From Eledone cirrhosa (taxonomy: Eukaryota), in contig OZ024740.1 in assembly GCA_964016885.1 (NCBI GenBank), positions 82,274,001 through 82,338,000 on the forward strand: DNA of 64,000 nt, read 5' to 3'. The position numbers and the translations under genes were made by a program. Shown here in pieces: positions 1 to 12,702 of the stretch. Numbering within the stretch: position 1 is the first letter of the stretch; each line of letters begins with the position of its first letter. The notes beneath the pieces were generated by a model, which was not told the DNA's origin, ran no database searches, and saw only the letters and a list, made by a program, of their open reading frames with translations.

Positions 1-812
1 AAACACTTATTAGCAAGACATACCCTTTTCAAAGACCCTCATGTATAGATAAGAAATGTATAACCTGTAAAATAAGCCCCCATATTAACTGTAAAACTAG
101 AAATGTAGTGTATAGCATAAGATGTACTGAAGGACAATGTAGAGACAAAAATATAGTGTACATATGTGAGACAGCCCGTAGCGTAGGGGAACGGATAAAT
201 GAACACTGGCGAGACCTTCAAGATAGTAAAGAATCATCTGTATTCTACTAACATGCTAAAATAAAACACAAGGGTAAATTAGGGAACACAGAAATAAAAA
301 TAGAATCTACACACAGAAAAGACGCAATGTTTAGACAAATCACAGAGGCAATAAACATAAAAGAATTACAACCAAAATTAAATAGAAAATATGATTGGAA
401 CAGCAACATCACAACTTACAATTAAGGACAAAATGAAAACACACACACACATAGAACAAACAACCAACCAGTAACATGTAAATAAACAAATAAATAAATG
501 AACATAAACACACACAGACACCCAGATGTGGCGCATGCGCAGACTGAGCACACAACACACACACAGAATCAAAATGGCGTAGGACAGAACAAAGGAGTGG
601 CATAAAAAACAAAGAAAAGAATCCCTAGTCACTGAAGAGGTCACAGAGTGTGTGACGAAAGAACTATGACAATATATAAACAACTATCTGGTTGTGGAAC
701 CAACCAACCAACCAGAAATTTATAAATTTATAAATTTATTATAATAAATTGAAGTGAAAGCACCTGGTGCGTGTGTTTCTCATTGGCAACATGACCCTCC
801 CAAAGTATAACA
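1..812 (+). mobile_element. Penelope-like element 3' fragment: decayed GIY-YIG endonuclease plus 3' region with hammerhead (family A)
   Basis: Manual translation gives CITCKISPHINCKTRNVVYSIRC...ETARSVGERINEH...FRQITEAINIKELQPKLNRK, with stops and a frameshift. This is homologous to the GIY-YIG end of the PLE at 27.5-27.85 kb. HHR follows at 628-670. Confidence 0.85.
628..670 (+). ncRNA. Minimal type I hammerhead ribozyme (family A)
   Basis: GUCA-CUGAAGA-G-GUCACA(gagug)UGUGAC-GAAA-G(AA)C-UA-UGAC. Stem I is GUCA/UGAC, stem II is 6 bp, stem III is minimal, and there is an extra nucleotide after A9. Confidence 0.8.
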
Positions 813-835
813 ATATATATATATATATGTATGTA

Positions 836-1277
836 TAAACGGAACAAATGAAACGAAATTTAATTTCCCACTCTTAGTACGGCTGTTACTTAGATATAAG
901 TAGGTATACGTACATATATATATGTATACAGACGTACAATAGTATGTATATATATATACATACATGCACACACATATATATATGTACGTATGGATTCACC
1001 GAACATTTATTATAATGCTCGGTGTGCTTGTAAACAAACATCCTGTATTAAGCCATAGTGTCTAGCAACCATCGTTGCTCGTTTGTTCAACGCTGACAAA
1101 GGAACGGTGTACTAGATTCAAGCTTATTAGCTATCGTCAGTAACGTATACCTTCCTGCCAGATGTATTGAACGTCTGAAAGTATATACTTTCCTCATATA
1201 TATTAACGGCTGAGCAGCCTAATTTGCATATCGAGTGGGTTAATCGGCCGGATGCACCGAAAACGATAAACGGAAAA

Positions 1278-1280
<3 letters not shown>
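836..1280 (-). mobile_element. Non-coding HHR-bearing ~427 nt repeat unit (family B, retrozyme-like)
   Basis: Homologous to 18585-19320 and 37953-38500. The start sequence aaacggaa recurs at the far end (~1266-1278), so the copy is just over one unit long. Flanked by (TA)n. Confidence 0.8.
1104..1146 (-). ncRNA. Hammerhead ribozyme, family B, GAAA mutated to GAAU
   Basis: Minus strand reads ACGUUA-CUGACGA-U-AGCU(aaua)AGCU-U-GAAU-CUAG-UA-CACCGU. Confidence 0.7.
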
Positions 1281-1322
<42 letters not shown>

Positions 1323-1324
1323 TC

Positions 1325-1590
1325 CAATTAGTTTGCAAGGTTTTTTATATGAAATCGTGTGTCGAAACAAATATTGTTATACTTGGGGAGGGTCATATTT
1401 GTGTAATATTGCCAGAATTAAAAACAGAACACACTCACTGTTTGGTTGGTTTTCGCTTCTCGCTTCTGTGTCTTTTATATCGGTAATCTAACTTACTCGG
1501 TCCTCAATGTTGCCATTGACTGACCGACGGTCAAAAATAATACAGATACAATATAGACACAAACACATATAGTTTATCATAAATCTTTCG
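1325..1590 (-). mobile_element. PLE 3'-terminal fragment (same family as 2217-3066 and 24745-28328)
   Basis: Near-duplicate of 2226-2498. It stops at the GAAA of the hammerhead (aaatctttcg at 1581-1590). Confidence 0.75.
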
Positions 1591-1614
1591 TATGTATATA
1601 TCAATATATATATG

Positions 1615-2209
<595 letters not shown>

Positions 2210-2216
2210 ATATATA

Positions 2217-3066
2217 GCGGCGATGAATTAGTTTTGCGAGGATTTTTATATGAAATCGTGTGTCGAAACAGATATTGTTATACTTGGGGAGGGTCATATT
2301 TGTGTAATATTGCCAGAATTAATAACAGAACACACTCACTGTTTGGTTGGTTTTCGCTTCTCGCTGTCTTTTATATCTGCGATCTAACTTACTCGGTCCT
2401 CAATGTTGCCATTGACTGACCGGCGGTCAAAAATAATACAGATACAATATAGACACAAACACATATATATAGATTACATAATTTACATAAATCTTTCGTT
2501 GCACATCTGCAACATCGTCAGTGGTGTTATATTCATTGTTCCTCCTGTTGTGTTGTATGTCTACGCAATTTTTTATTCAGTGTGTCTATATATTTACTTA
2601 TTTATTTGCTTGTTTGTTTATCTTATTTTATTTTGTCTTCTTTGCGCATGCGTTTGCGTGTGTGTATAGTGTTATGTGTGATGTGTGACTAGTGTGTATA
2701 GTGTTGTGTCTGCTGGGTGACTAGTGTGTGTTTATGTGCTTGTTGTTATTGTGCTTGTGTATGTATTTATTTATCTTATTTTATTTTATTTTATTTACTT
2801 ATTTATACTTCTCTTAGGTCAGTGCTGTTTGTTTGGGTGTTGTTGGTGTTCCACTCATTCTTTCTGTTTAGCTTTGGTCTTCTAATTTCTATTTCACTGG
2901 CCTCTCTGATTTGCCTATCTGCTGGGTCATTCCTATGTTTAGATATTATTCTAATTTCTATGTTGTCTATGTTACCGTCATGTTGTTGTCTAGCATGTTC
3001 GTATAGTACTGACCCGTTTTTTCGTCCTTTTAGTTCCCCCCAGTGTTGGTCTATCATATTATGGTC
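2217..3066 (-). mobile_element. Penelope-like element 3' fragment (GIY-YIG C-terminus plus 3' region)
   Basis: ORF 2803-3057 (QHWGELKGRKNGSVLYEHARQQH...RQIREASEIEIRRPKLNRKNEWN) closely matches 27.64-27.86 kb. Confidence 0.85.
2485..2526 (-). ncRNA. Hammerhead ribozyme (family A'), stem I eroded
   Basis: Minus strand reads CUGACGA-U-GUUGCA(gaug)UGCAAC-GAAA-GAUUU. Confidence 0.7.
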
Positions 3067-3285
3067 AATTTATATATGTATATATATATATATATATATA
3101 TACATATATAAATTACAATATGTTGAAAAGGTAACACACTAGAGAGAGATATATAGTGCTCCATTAATAAAACAGCGGAAATCCACCAGTGTATGGAATC
3201 TATAACCTATGAAATGCAGGGTAGACATACGATAATTAAAAAATATAAATTAAAGTGCATATACGTACCTCTATAACTATATAAC

Positions 3286-3368
3286 ACACATGTATAAATC
3301 GAAAGAGATCTGTTTCGCCAGGAAGTTGTTGACTGAAATGGAATAGCCGATGGTCCATCAGCGTGTGT
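3286..3368 (-). ncRNA. Hammerhead ribozyme (family C)
   Basis: Minus strand reads ACACACG-CUGAUGG-ACCA...UGGC-GAAA-CAGAUC...GAUUUAU-A-CAUGUGU. Confidence 0.7.
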
Positions 3369-3959
3369 AAGGCTATACATTTCAGACAACGCTAAGAGAA
3401 TCTAAAGCGACCGTCCAGCTACAGGCGGGAGAGAGATATCACAGCGTGTTTAGGGCAGTGAACCAGTGGTGTCTGAGAGACGAGCTGCTAGAAAGGCCAG
3501 CACAAAAGCCCCGGAGAAGTATGCTCAACCAAACATAAAGAGAGGATAGACTGTTATAAGGAGCGAAATATCACGATAAATTAACGGAGCCATAGACTCT
3601 CGCTATTCTCTGTCAATAATGTGCTCAAACGAGAAGGAATCCTGAACTCTTTAAAATACAATATGTTGAAAAGGTAACACACTGGAGAGAGATATATAGT
3701 GTGCCATCAATAAAACAGGGAAAAACCACCAGCGTATGGAATCTATAACATATGAAAGACATGGGAGACACACGATAATTAAAAATATAAATTAAAGTGT
3801 ATATACGTACCTCTATAACTATATAACACACACGTACAAATCCAAAGAGATATGTTTAGCCAAGGTTCACTGCCCTAAACACGCTGTGACTTCTCTCTCC
3901 CGCGTGTAGCTGGACGGTCTCTTTAGATTCTCTTAGTGTTGTTTGAAATGTATGGCCTT

Positions 3960-4042
3960 ACACACGCTGATGGACCATTGGCTAATCCTTTCTGTCAACA
4001 AATTAGTTGGTGAAACAGATCTCTTTGGATTTGTACGTGTGT
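3960..4042 (+). ncRNA. Hammerhead ribozyme (family C), core CUGAUGG
   Basis: Stem I ACACACG/CGUGUGU, stem II ACCA...UGGU, GAAA at 4012-4015, stem III ACAGAUC/GAUUUGU, cleavage triplet GUA. Confidence 0.8.
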
Positions 4043-4288
4043 GTTATATAGTTATAGAGGTATGTATATACACTTTAATTTATATTTTTAATTATTGTGT
4101 GTCTACACTGCCTTTCGTAGGTTATAGATTCCATACACTGGTGGATTTTCCCTGTTTTATTGATGGGGCACTATATCTCTCTCTCTAGTGTGTTACCTTT
4201 TCAACATATTGTATTTAAAGAGCTCAGGATTCCTTCTCCTTTGAGCACGTTATAGACATTATTGACGTTAATTTATCGTGATATATAC

Positions 4289-4341
<53 letters not shown>

Positions 4342-4344
<3 letters not shown>

Positions 4345-4375
4345 GAGGTGTGTCAGAAAAGTTCCAGGACTGATG
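4342..4375 (+). mobile_element. Possible Tc1/mariner terminal inverted repeat fragment
   Basis: TA-CGAGGTGTGTCAGAAAAGTTCC resembles mariner TIR starts. No partner end was identified. Confidence 0.35.
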
Positions 4376-4838
4376 TCTCTACTGACCTCTTCCTCGCACT
4401 CCCACTCACTCTCTCTTACTGCTCCCTCGTTCTCTCTGTTTCTCTTATTCCTTCGTCCCCTCTGCGATGTCAGTTAACACTTTCTCTCTACTGACCTCTT
4501 CCTCGCACTCCCACTCACTCAGTCCCTGTTTCTCCCCTTTCTTTCTTCCTCCCGTTCGCTGTGAAAACGGTTCACACAGCTTATGCTGAAAGAATAACTA
4601 TGTTGCATGTGTTTATTTCCATCTTCGGTTAGCTTCCCCCTGTGTTGTTTACTTGTCTCACTCGCTTTACGCGTTTCTATTGTCCTAATAACTTATTTTA
4701 GTTATTATCGCTCCAACGTGAGGTATATGATTTTTAATGCGATGAAATACCCATGATCGTTTGGTAAATGACTGATGAGGGACTCATTTTATAACATGTT
4801 ATCCATGTGCAACCAGCGGTATTCTTCTCACCCATATT

Positions 4839-4936
<98 letters not shown>

Positions 4937-5533
4937 TGGACTGTTGAGGTAAACAGACAGACGTGTTTCTATTGCTCTCATCAAGTCAGTAGCCAGCTTC
5001 ACAGCTTTAAAGCCTATTTGACCGAACATATATATGTATATATATTTGTAAACACACGCTTTTCCTACTAACTCGTAAGTACGTTTTCTTAACTACAGAT
5101 TATTATATACACTCGTTTTTCTCTTAATATCTTCAAACAACCCATTAACGAAAAACGTTTAACAACCCCAAACAACCAAATAACCAAATCTCACATACAT
5201 AAAAGTGAATACATATCTATATATACGCTACTTTAATATCTTCAAATAACCAAAAGCTCACTCATATAAGGAAAAACGTATATACAAATGCACGGGCTTT
5301 CCCTACAAACTCGCAAGCAAGTCTTCTTAACTACAAACTATTATATACACTCGTTTTTCCTTGGATATTTTCAAACAACCAAATAACCAAAAACTATTAA
5401 CATCCTCAAACAACCAAACTCACATCCATAAGAGTGAATATATACATATACACGATTCTTTAATTTCTTCGAATAACCAATATCTTAAAATAACAAATAT
5501 CTTAAAACGCACACAAGGGTAAAGAAAAAAAAT

Positions 5534-6782
5534 ATGACTACTGACCAGCAAGCCCACAACAGACGAAATTGGTCTGAAAATGAAATTGGCCTCTTAATAA
5601 ACACTAATAAACACATGGCTTTCTCTGTCCCAAACAATAAACATTAACGCGTCATGTCTGAATGAAATTGCTGAAAAAACAGCTCAAACATTGAACGCGA
5701 GGTCTGCTAAGCAGATACACAACAAACTAAAACATGTTGAAGTCTCTTTCAAACTAATTCAAATCCATTTTGAAATACTTCGACATATTTACTCCAATGG
5801 GCAAACACAACAACGGCAACAACAACAACACCAGCCACGGCAGCCACAACAAACAACAACAACAGCCACAAAAACAACGACAGCCAGAAAGCCAGGTGCA
5901 ACCACTACTGAATTCAAGCATAATAGCTGAACTACTGAATGACAGTATCACTTAGCCACTCACTCAGCCATCATTATCGCCATCACCATCACCACCGTCA
6001 CCATCTTCTGCCACATCAAAATCTTCTGCCACACCAAGTACTAGTAATGGACCACTGCTCTCTCTCCCACCACAGCTGTCATCATCATCATCACCACTAA
6101 TGCTTTCTTCCCCCACATCACCACCACAACCATGCTATAATGAAAAGAATAGAAACTCCCAAATATGCCGCTACTCACTACGTCAGAGGCTATGCACACG
6201 TAGCGACTGTATATTTACCCATTTACCGGGTACTAGGCGCACTAACACTGCCAGCCAACACCAAAGCACGCTGTCCGCACGTATAGGTCGCAGTCCCAAA
6301 ATCTGCCAACATTGCCAACGTGAGAGGCTATGTCTGCTGACTGTCCCTTCACTCACCTTCCAGGGACACAACGTACGATCAGTAATGGGGTTCCATGCCA
6401 ACCCACAAACCACAATAAAGCCACCCCCTGCTGCGATAATGCTGTTCCAGTCTCCTCACAAAGACATGATTACAACAACAAAAACAACAAAAGTAATGCT
6501 GCGCCAGTCTTTTCACAAAGACACAATCACAAGAACAACAAGTACAACAACAACAAAAATAACGCTGCTCCAGTCTTTTCACAAAGACACAATTACAACA
6601 AATACAACAACAACAACAAAAGAGGGAACTGCAACCCTATCCAATGTTGTAACCACAAATCCAATCAAAAATTGCTTCTTGAACAAACAAAAAAAAATCT
6701 TTCTTTCTTAGCCATGAACCTGGCAAAAGAGATAGAGAAAAACATTTTAGCCATCACCCAACACCATCCTTGCTGTCACTAA
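5534..6782 (+). pseudogene. LINE ORF1 (frameshifted) with two CCCH-type zinc fingers and low-complexity S/N-rich tracts
   Basis: CRYSLRQRLCTRSDCIFTH (C-x8-C-x4-C-x3-H) at ~6165-6225, and a second frameshifted copy CQHCQRERLC/SADCPFTH at ~6304-6357. Confidence 0.65.
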
Positions 6783-6839
6783 CACACAATCACAAAACAA
6801 ACCCCCTGCAACAGTGAAAACCAGCCACCACACTTGCCT

Positions 6840-9767
6840 CCACATTCTTACTCAATACACAAGGTATCAGCCCATCCATCAATGCAGAGAAATGGAAGAT
6901 CCAATTCATTGAGGATGGGTTCGTAGCCATCCATTTCACATCCCCTTCTTCATTCTTACTGAGATCCACCTTCACAACTCCCACTTGGAGGCCGGAGTAA
7001 GAATTAGAAATTTCACAACCATCCGTGTAGATCGTGTTGGCAGAGGGAAGGGTGGAACTGCCATTTTCCTGCATGATTCCTTTACTGCAGAAGGCAACAC
7101 AACATTCTCTAATGGATACTGTAAATCAGTCACTGTGCACAATAAAGCCAATGACCTGATATTAGTTGGGCTCTATAGGCCACCACAAACACCCATAATC
7201 TGCTTCAAAGAATGCCTCAACAGTATTAAATGCTTTATTAAACAGAGCCATTCTAGCACATACTTTTGATGGGAGACTTTAATCTACCCTGTGTCGATTG
7301 GTCTACATGTAGTTTAAAACGAGGCTCCACAGCCTCAACCACTGACATAGACGCTGTCGAGTCACTTCTCGACTTCATGAATGAGTTGTTCTTGTCCCAA
7401 TTTGTCCTTGCACCAACGAGGCATCAGAAGAACATTCTGGATCTAGTGTTTTATAACCACACTAACACTATACATAATATTACAGTGGAAAAAACCCTTC
7501 TCTCAGACCATGACATAGTTCTTTGTAACCTGAGATTCCACCAGCCGAAAGCCAATCCTAGGGTCCTCTCTCCAGCCCACCCATTTGATAACATGGATCT
7601 CTACAATGCCAACTGGGACGCAATTATCAACGAACCATCACATGTCGACTGTTCTTTTACACACGCACACACTTCCACCAACATCAAAACATCTTGGCAG
7701 ATCTTTGTAGATACTGTCACAAATATATATACAAAACACACCCCACCAAAATCTGTGAACAAAACCAAGTGCTGTATCCCCCAAAACAGAAAAACAATTA
7801 TCAGAAAAATAAAAAGAACAAACAAAAAAATGAACACACTAAAATACTACCAACAGCAACACACATTTAATGGCTATCACTCTGCTTGAGTAAATAAAAT
7901 ATAACCTCCAGCAATGCATGATGACCATCATCAATAACCAGAGAATAGATGAAGAGAGATGAGCCATTGAGAAAATAAAACTCAATCCCAAAGTGTTCTT
8001 TTCATTTGCTAAAAACACAAGGTCACCGACTCCACTGTTGGCCCCCTAGTTGATGAAAATGACACACTCCAAGACAATGCCAAAACCATGGTCTAGATAC
8101 TGCAGAATCAAACTGCTCTGTTTTCAGCAATCATGATATGGGCGATCTGGGGCGTATCTGTGATGTTAATCCCCTACACACTATATCAGACATAACGTTT
8201 GGCGCCCCTGATGTCTTAGCGGCAATAAACAAAATTAAAGATAATTCAGCAGTAGGCCCTGACAAGTACCCTGCTTGTGTCCTGAAGGTGTGTCGACACC
8301 AAATTGCATATCCTCTTGCTAATCTGTGGAGGATCTTACTGGACACTGGCTATATTCCTGAAAACTTTTTGTCCCAGTCCGTTGTCCCAGTCTTCAAAAA
8401 GGGAAATAAGTCCCTTGCAGTGAACTACCGTCCGATCTCACTCACCTCTCATATTATCAAGGTATTTGAGAGGGTAGTGAGATCACGAATAACCCACTTT
8501 CTTGAAAGCAACGACCTGCTGAACTCCAACCAACATGGGTAGCGTAATGGAAGGGACTGCCTAACGCAGCTCCTGCATCACTTTGACGATGTTTCGAGAG
8601 CCTTGGGAGAGGGATCCAACACTGATGTCATCTACCTTGACTTCAGCAAGGCCTTCGACAGGGTTGATCATAAGATTCTACTGAAAAAACTATTCAATTT
8701 TGGTGTCTCTGGAAGGTTACTACAGTGGATCAAATGTTTCCTGACAGACAAAAGCCAGCATGTTGTAGTCGAAGGAGTAAAATCAATCCTTGCCAGCGTC
8801 AGCAGTGGTGTCCCACAAGGCACTGCGTTGGGCCCACTTCTTTTCATCATGTACATTAATGACATTACTGACATCATCTAACACAGCAACATCAGAATCT
8901 TCGCAGACGATTCCAAGCTCCAAAGGGTCATCAATGAGTTGGGTGACCGGACTTGCCTTCAGTCAGACCTACTGGCTGTTATCCAATGTGCTGAAATGAA
9001 TAATATGCTGTTGAATGAAGATAAATTTGAATTAATCCACTTTCGAAAAAAGGATGCCCTGAAACTACCATACTCTCTTACTTCAGGTGAAACTCTAGTG
9101 GCATCCAATAACATCAGAGACCTGGGAGTAATTGTAGACAACAACATAAGCTGGGCCACTCATTTAAACAGCAAAGTTGATATGGCCCGCAAAATGGATT
9201 CTTAGAACTTTCCAGTCGAGAGATATCCACACTGTTATCCTTCACTTCTCCACCTTTGCCCGACACCACTTTGAATACAGTTGTCCACTGTGGTCACCCC
9301 ACACGAAACAAAGTATCATGAAAGTTGAAGCACCCTAAAGGTCAATTACAAAAAAGATAGATGGCAAGACAGGCCTTGACTATTGGAGTCGAGTAGAAAA
9401 GCTCAAACTTGATTCTCTCCAACGTCGCCGTGAGCGCTACATTATCTGTTTGATGTGGAAAATATTCCATCAGCTTTGCCCAAATGATGTTGGCATCACC
9501 TTTAGTGTACACCCTAGGCTTCGGCCCCATGCTATCCGCCCACGACAAATATCTCACTCGCATCACATAACAACACTTATTTCACCTCATTTGGCCCTGC
9601 ACTCTTTAACATTACACCAAGACAAATCAAAGCAGAGACAGACGCCATCAAGTTCAAGAAGTCTTTGGATAAATTCTTCAAGAAATCCCGATAAGCCTCC
9701 TACACCCGGATATGCCTCCGTAATCAATAACTCTCTGCTCCAGTGGGCCATAATGCCGAAACACTGA
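6840..9767 (+). pseudogene. LINE ORF2 AP-endonuclease / reverse transcriptase, multiple stops and frameshifts
   Basis: ORF fragments 6985-7269, 7266-7889, 8138-8542, 8603-8881, 8939-9205 and 9450-9767 are collinear pieces of one APE-RT protein. Confidence 0.9.
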
Positions 9768-9850
9768 TTTGTAAGACTTCGCCAGGTGGTGCTATTAAGT
9801 TAGACATGGCCTGGGCCAATACTGGCCGAAACCTATCAAATTTATCAAAG

Positions 9851-9900
<50 letters not shown>

Positions 9901-9904
<4 letters not shown>

Positions 9905-10596
9905 ACTAGAAATTGATTAACATATAAATAAACATGAATAATCACGGGTGATATGGCGCATGTCTTTCTGGCATGACACCCATAATTTTGATTTAGATTA
10001 AATTCATTTGATTTATCTTAATTTTGGATATAGATATATAAATACGGCTCCTTAATTGTAGAGCTAACTCTCTTGAAAGGACTCGACTGCTGTTTCTAGT
10101 TGTCGATAACCCTATTCACGCCACTGGGACGAAGCTAGTATGATTTGTGTATTTCTAATAGATATACCACGTGTTGCTTGCCAGTCGCTGATTTGAACTT
10201 GAAGTGTAAACACGGATCGCTGGAACTTCTTCCTTGCTGAAAATCCTAGTCTCCACTTCCGTGGTTTACCATCCGATTAATTGGTGAAATATATTTCTTT
10301 AATGGAATATATACAGGGAAGATAAATCATATTATAAGGTATATATTTTTGAAATTCTGGTCAACTTTATTTAGTTACCTACCTAGCTATGTGTGGTTTA
10401 CACACTTGTAAAAATTATCTCCTGTGATTATTCATGTTTATTTATATGTTAATCAATTTCTAGTTATTATAAAATACTAGGACCTACTCGTTAGGATCTT
10501 AGAGCTTATTTTGCGGGTGATATGGCGCATGTCTTTCTGGCATGACACCCATAATTTTGATTTAGATTAAATTCATTTGATTTATCTTAATTTTGT
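9901..10596 (+). mobile_element. Non-coding HHR-bearing repeat (family H): ~570 nt terminal direct repeat spacing and a 5' inverted segment
   Basis: gggtgatatggcgcatgtc... occurs at ~9946 and ~10516. 9901-9945 is the reverse complement of ~10424-10469. Confidence 0.75.
10228..10322 (+). ncRNA. Hammerhead ribozyme (family H), G8A core change
   Basis: Stem I UCUUCCUUG/CAGGGAAGA, core CUGAAAA, GAAA at 10286-10289, stem III AUAUAUUUC/GGAAUAUAU, cleavage triplet AUA. Confidence 0.7.
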
Positions 10597-11132
10597 ATAT
10601 ATATATATATATTAGAAAGATCGAGTATCGAAAAATCGGCGCACGAGTTCACGATAAACGAAATTCGATATGAGCGGCAGAGGGCTCAATAATTCAGATG
10701 AATCAGAGCTATAACTATCGTTAAAATACCGTCACATACAGAACAAGTCTACAATCAACCATACGATTTAAAATCGATAAAGGAAGATTCGGGCCAAACA
10801 GATAAAAAATATCAATAAAACAATACGTCAATAATTTAAATATATACTATAAAGTATGTCCATAGAATCATTTGAAAATATATATACACCATTTCCTCTC
10901 CTAATTACCATAATTAACCACACAGAAAATCAATTAAACCAGGCTATAAGATTAAAAGGCACCTATGAAGAAATAGTAGATAAATAAACGACACCAATCT
11001 ATCTCGACCAACCGCTATTCAATATTTACCCAACATTTCAATAGCACGTGGAAATCGATTAAATATACCGTCAACCATACACAATTAGGTATAAAATTAA
11101 AGTTAGAAGAAAAAATATATATGCACATACCA

Positions 11133-11210
<78 letters not shown>

Positions 11211-11213
<3 letters not shown>

Positions 11214-12702
11214 CTATCCATAAAGAAGGGCGCAGAGCGGAGGTCAGTCTCCCTGACGTCACATATCAGTAAGGTCATGGAGCGATTTATCAGAAAGAAA
11301 CTGATCACTTTCATTGAGGAAAATTACCGCCTGACTAGCACGCATCATGGGTTTCGCCCAGGAAGAAGCTGCCTTATATAGCTGCTACATCACTACGACT
11401 GGGTACTAAATCAACTGCTAGACAGCGCACATGTGGACGTGATATATCTTCACTTTGCGAAGGTCTTTGACAAGGTCGACCACGGAATGATATGTCACAA
11501 ACTACACAGATTCGGCATAACTGGAAAAGTAGGTCAGTGGCTGCATCACTTCTTAAAGGACAGAAGCCAGACAGTCGCAGCAAACGTGGCCCTCTCAAAG
11601 AAGCATAAAAAACAAGTGGATTGCCCCAGGGTACAGCCCTGGGATCACTACTATTTTTGGTGGCTCTCTCAGACATGCCCTCTGTAGTACATACAACATC
11701 TCTTACTAGCTATGCTGATGACACAAATGTAGCACAGGCAATCAAAATCCCGGCTGACGCTGACCTTTTACAACAAGATCTGAATGCCATATACAAGTGG
11801 GCGGAAGAAAACAACATGCAGTTTAATGCTGGCAAATTCCAAGCCCTACAACATAAAACTGCAAACACAAATACAGTACAACACAGTTACACCGGACCAG
11901 GAGGGACCGATATTCCCGTGTCGAAATCGAATCGAAACCTGGGTATAGACATGGCGACGGTGCATATATTTCCTCACACATCATGAAAGTGGCGACAATG
12001 TGCTGACGACTCGCTGGCTGGATCTTGAGGACTTTGCGGACAAGAGACCGAGACACCATGTTGACACTATGGAGGACATTTGTCCTAAGCCGCCTGGGCT
12101 ATTGCTCCCTGTTGTGGTCACCCCTAGTGTCAAACTAACCACGGAGCTTGAGGCAATTTAGCGAAGGTACACCAAGAGGATTGCGGTGATGAAGGAGATA
12201 AGATACTGGAAGAGGCTAAAAGAACTGAACCTCTAATTCTTGGAACGAAGTCTGGAGAGATACGCAGTGATATACATGTGGAAAATACTGGAGGGACTAG
12301 CACCTAACTTTGGCATCGGGAGCTGGACCAACCGTCGAAGAGGACGTAACTGTTGTGCCAAAGCTCCCGTCTTCCACATCTAGAATAAGGAGCAGATATT
12401 GTAATAGCCTGGGGTTCAAGAAACCTCAACTCTTCAACGAGCTGCCGAGGAATCTGAGAGATCTGCATGGTGTGGATGTGGATGTTTTCATGAAACATCT
12501 CGACAACTTGCTATCCAGGATCCCGGATAAAGCCCACAGTAAAGCACGGGGTAACCTAAGGGCAGCAGCAACAAACACCCTCTTGCACCAATGGCCAACC
12601 AATAGGCTGGAGATAAAATGTGTAGCAACAAGGGCAGTACCCAGCATGGCCTCAGCCGGGTGGCTGGAACATATAAAAGAGTAAAAGAGTAAAAGAGTAA
12701 AA
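11211..12702 (+). mobile_element. 5'-truncated LINE (second CR1/L2-group family), RT C-terminal half
   Basis: SVSLTSHISKVMER, DVIYLHFAKVFDKVDHG, PQGTALGSLLFL, SYADDT. The 3' tail is (TAAAAGAG)3 at ~12674-12697. Confidence 0.85.

Larger units (their letters stand above)
3110..4283. mobile_element. Family C HHR-bearing repeat: ~542 nt tandem units on the minus strand plus an inverted copy
   Basis: acaatatgttgaaaagg occurs at ~3116 and ~3658. 3866-4283 is a reverse-complement copy. Another copy lies at 48765-49112. No ORF. Confidence 0.8.
5030..9852 (+). mobile_element. Near full-length decayed LINE, CR1/L2-group (APE-RT)
   Basis: 5' region with a ~237 bp tandem duplication, then ORF1, APE motifs (GGTAIFLHD, GLYRPP, MGDFNLP, LSDH) and RT motifs (YRPISLTS, YLDFSKAFDRVDH, VPQGTALGPLLF, FADD). 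Ends in tatcaaa repeats then (TA)n. Confidence 0.9.

Noticed and set aside
4740-4790. GAAA...CTGATGAG arrangement resembling a type II hammerhead
   Set aside because: There is no room for stem I and no UH triplet in register.
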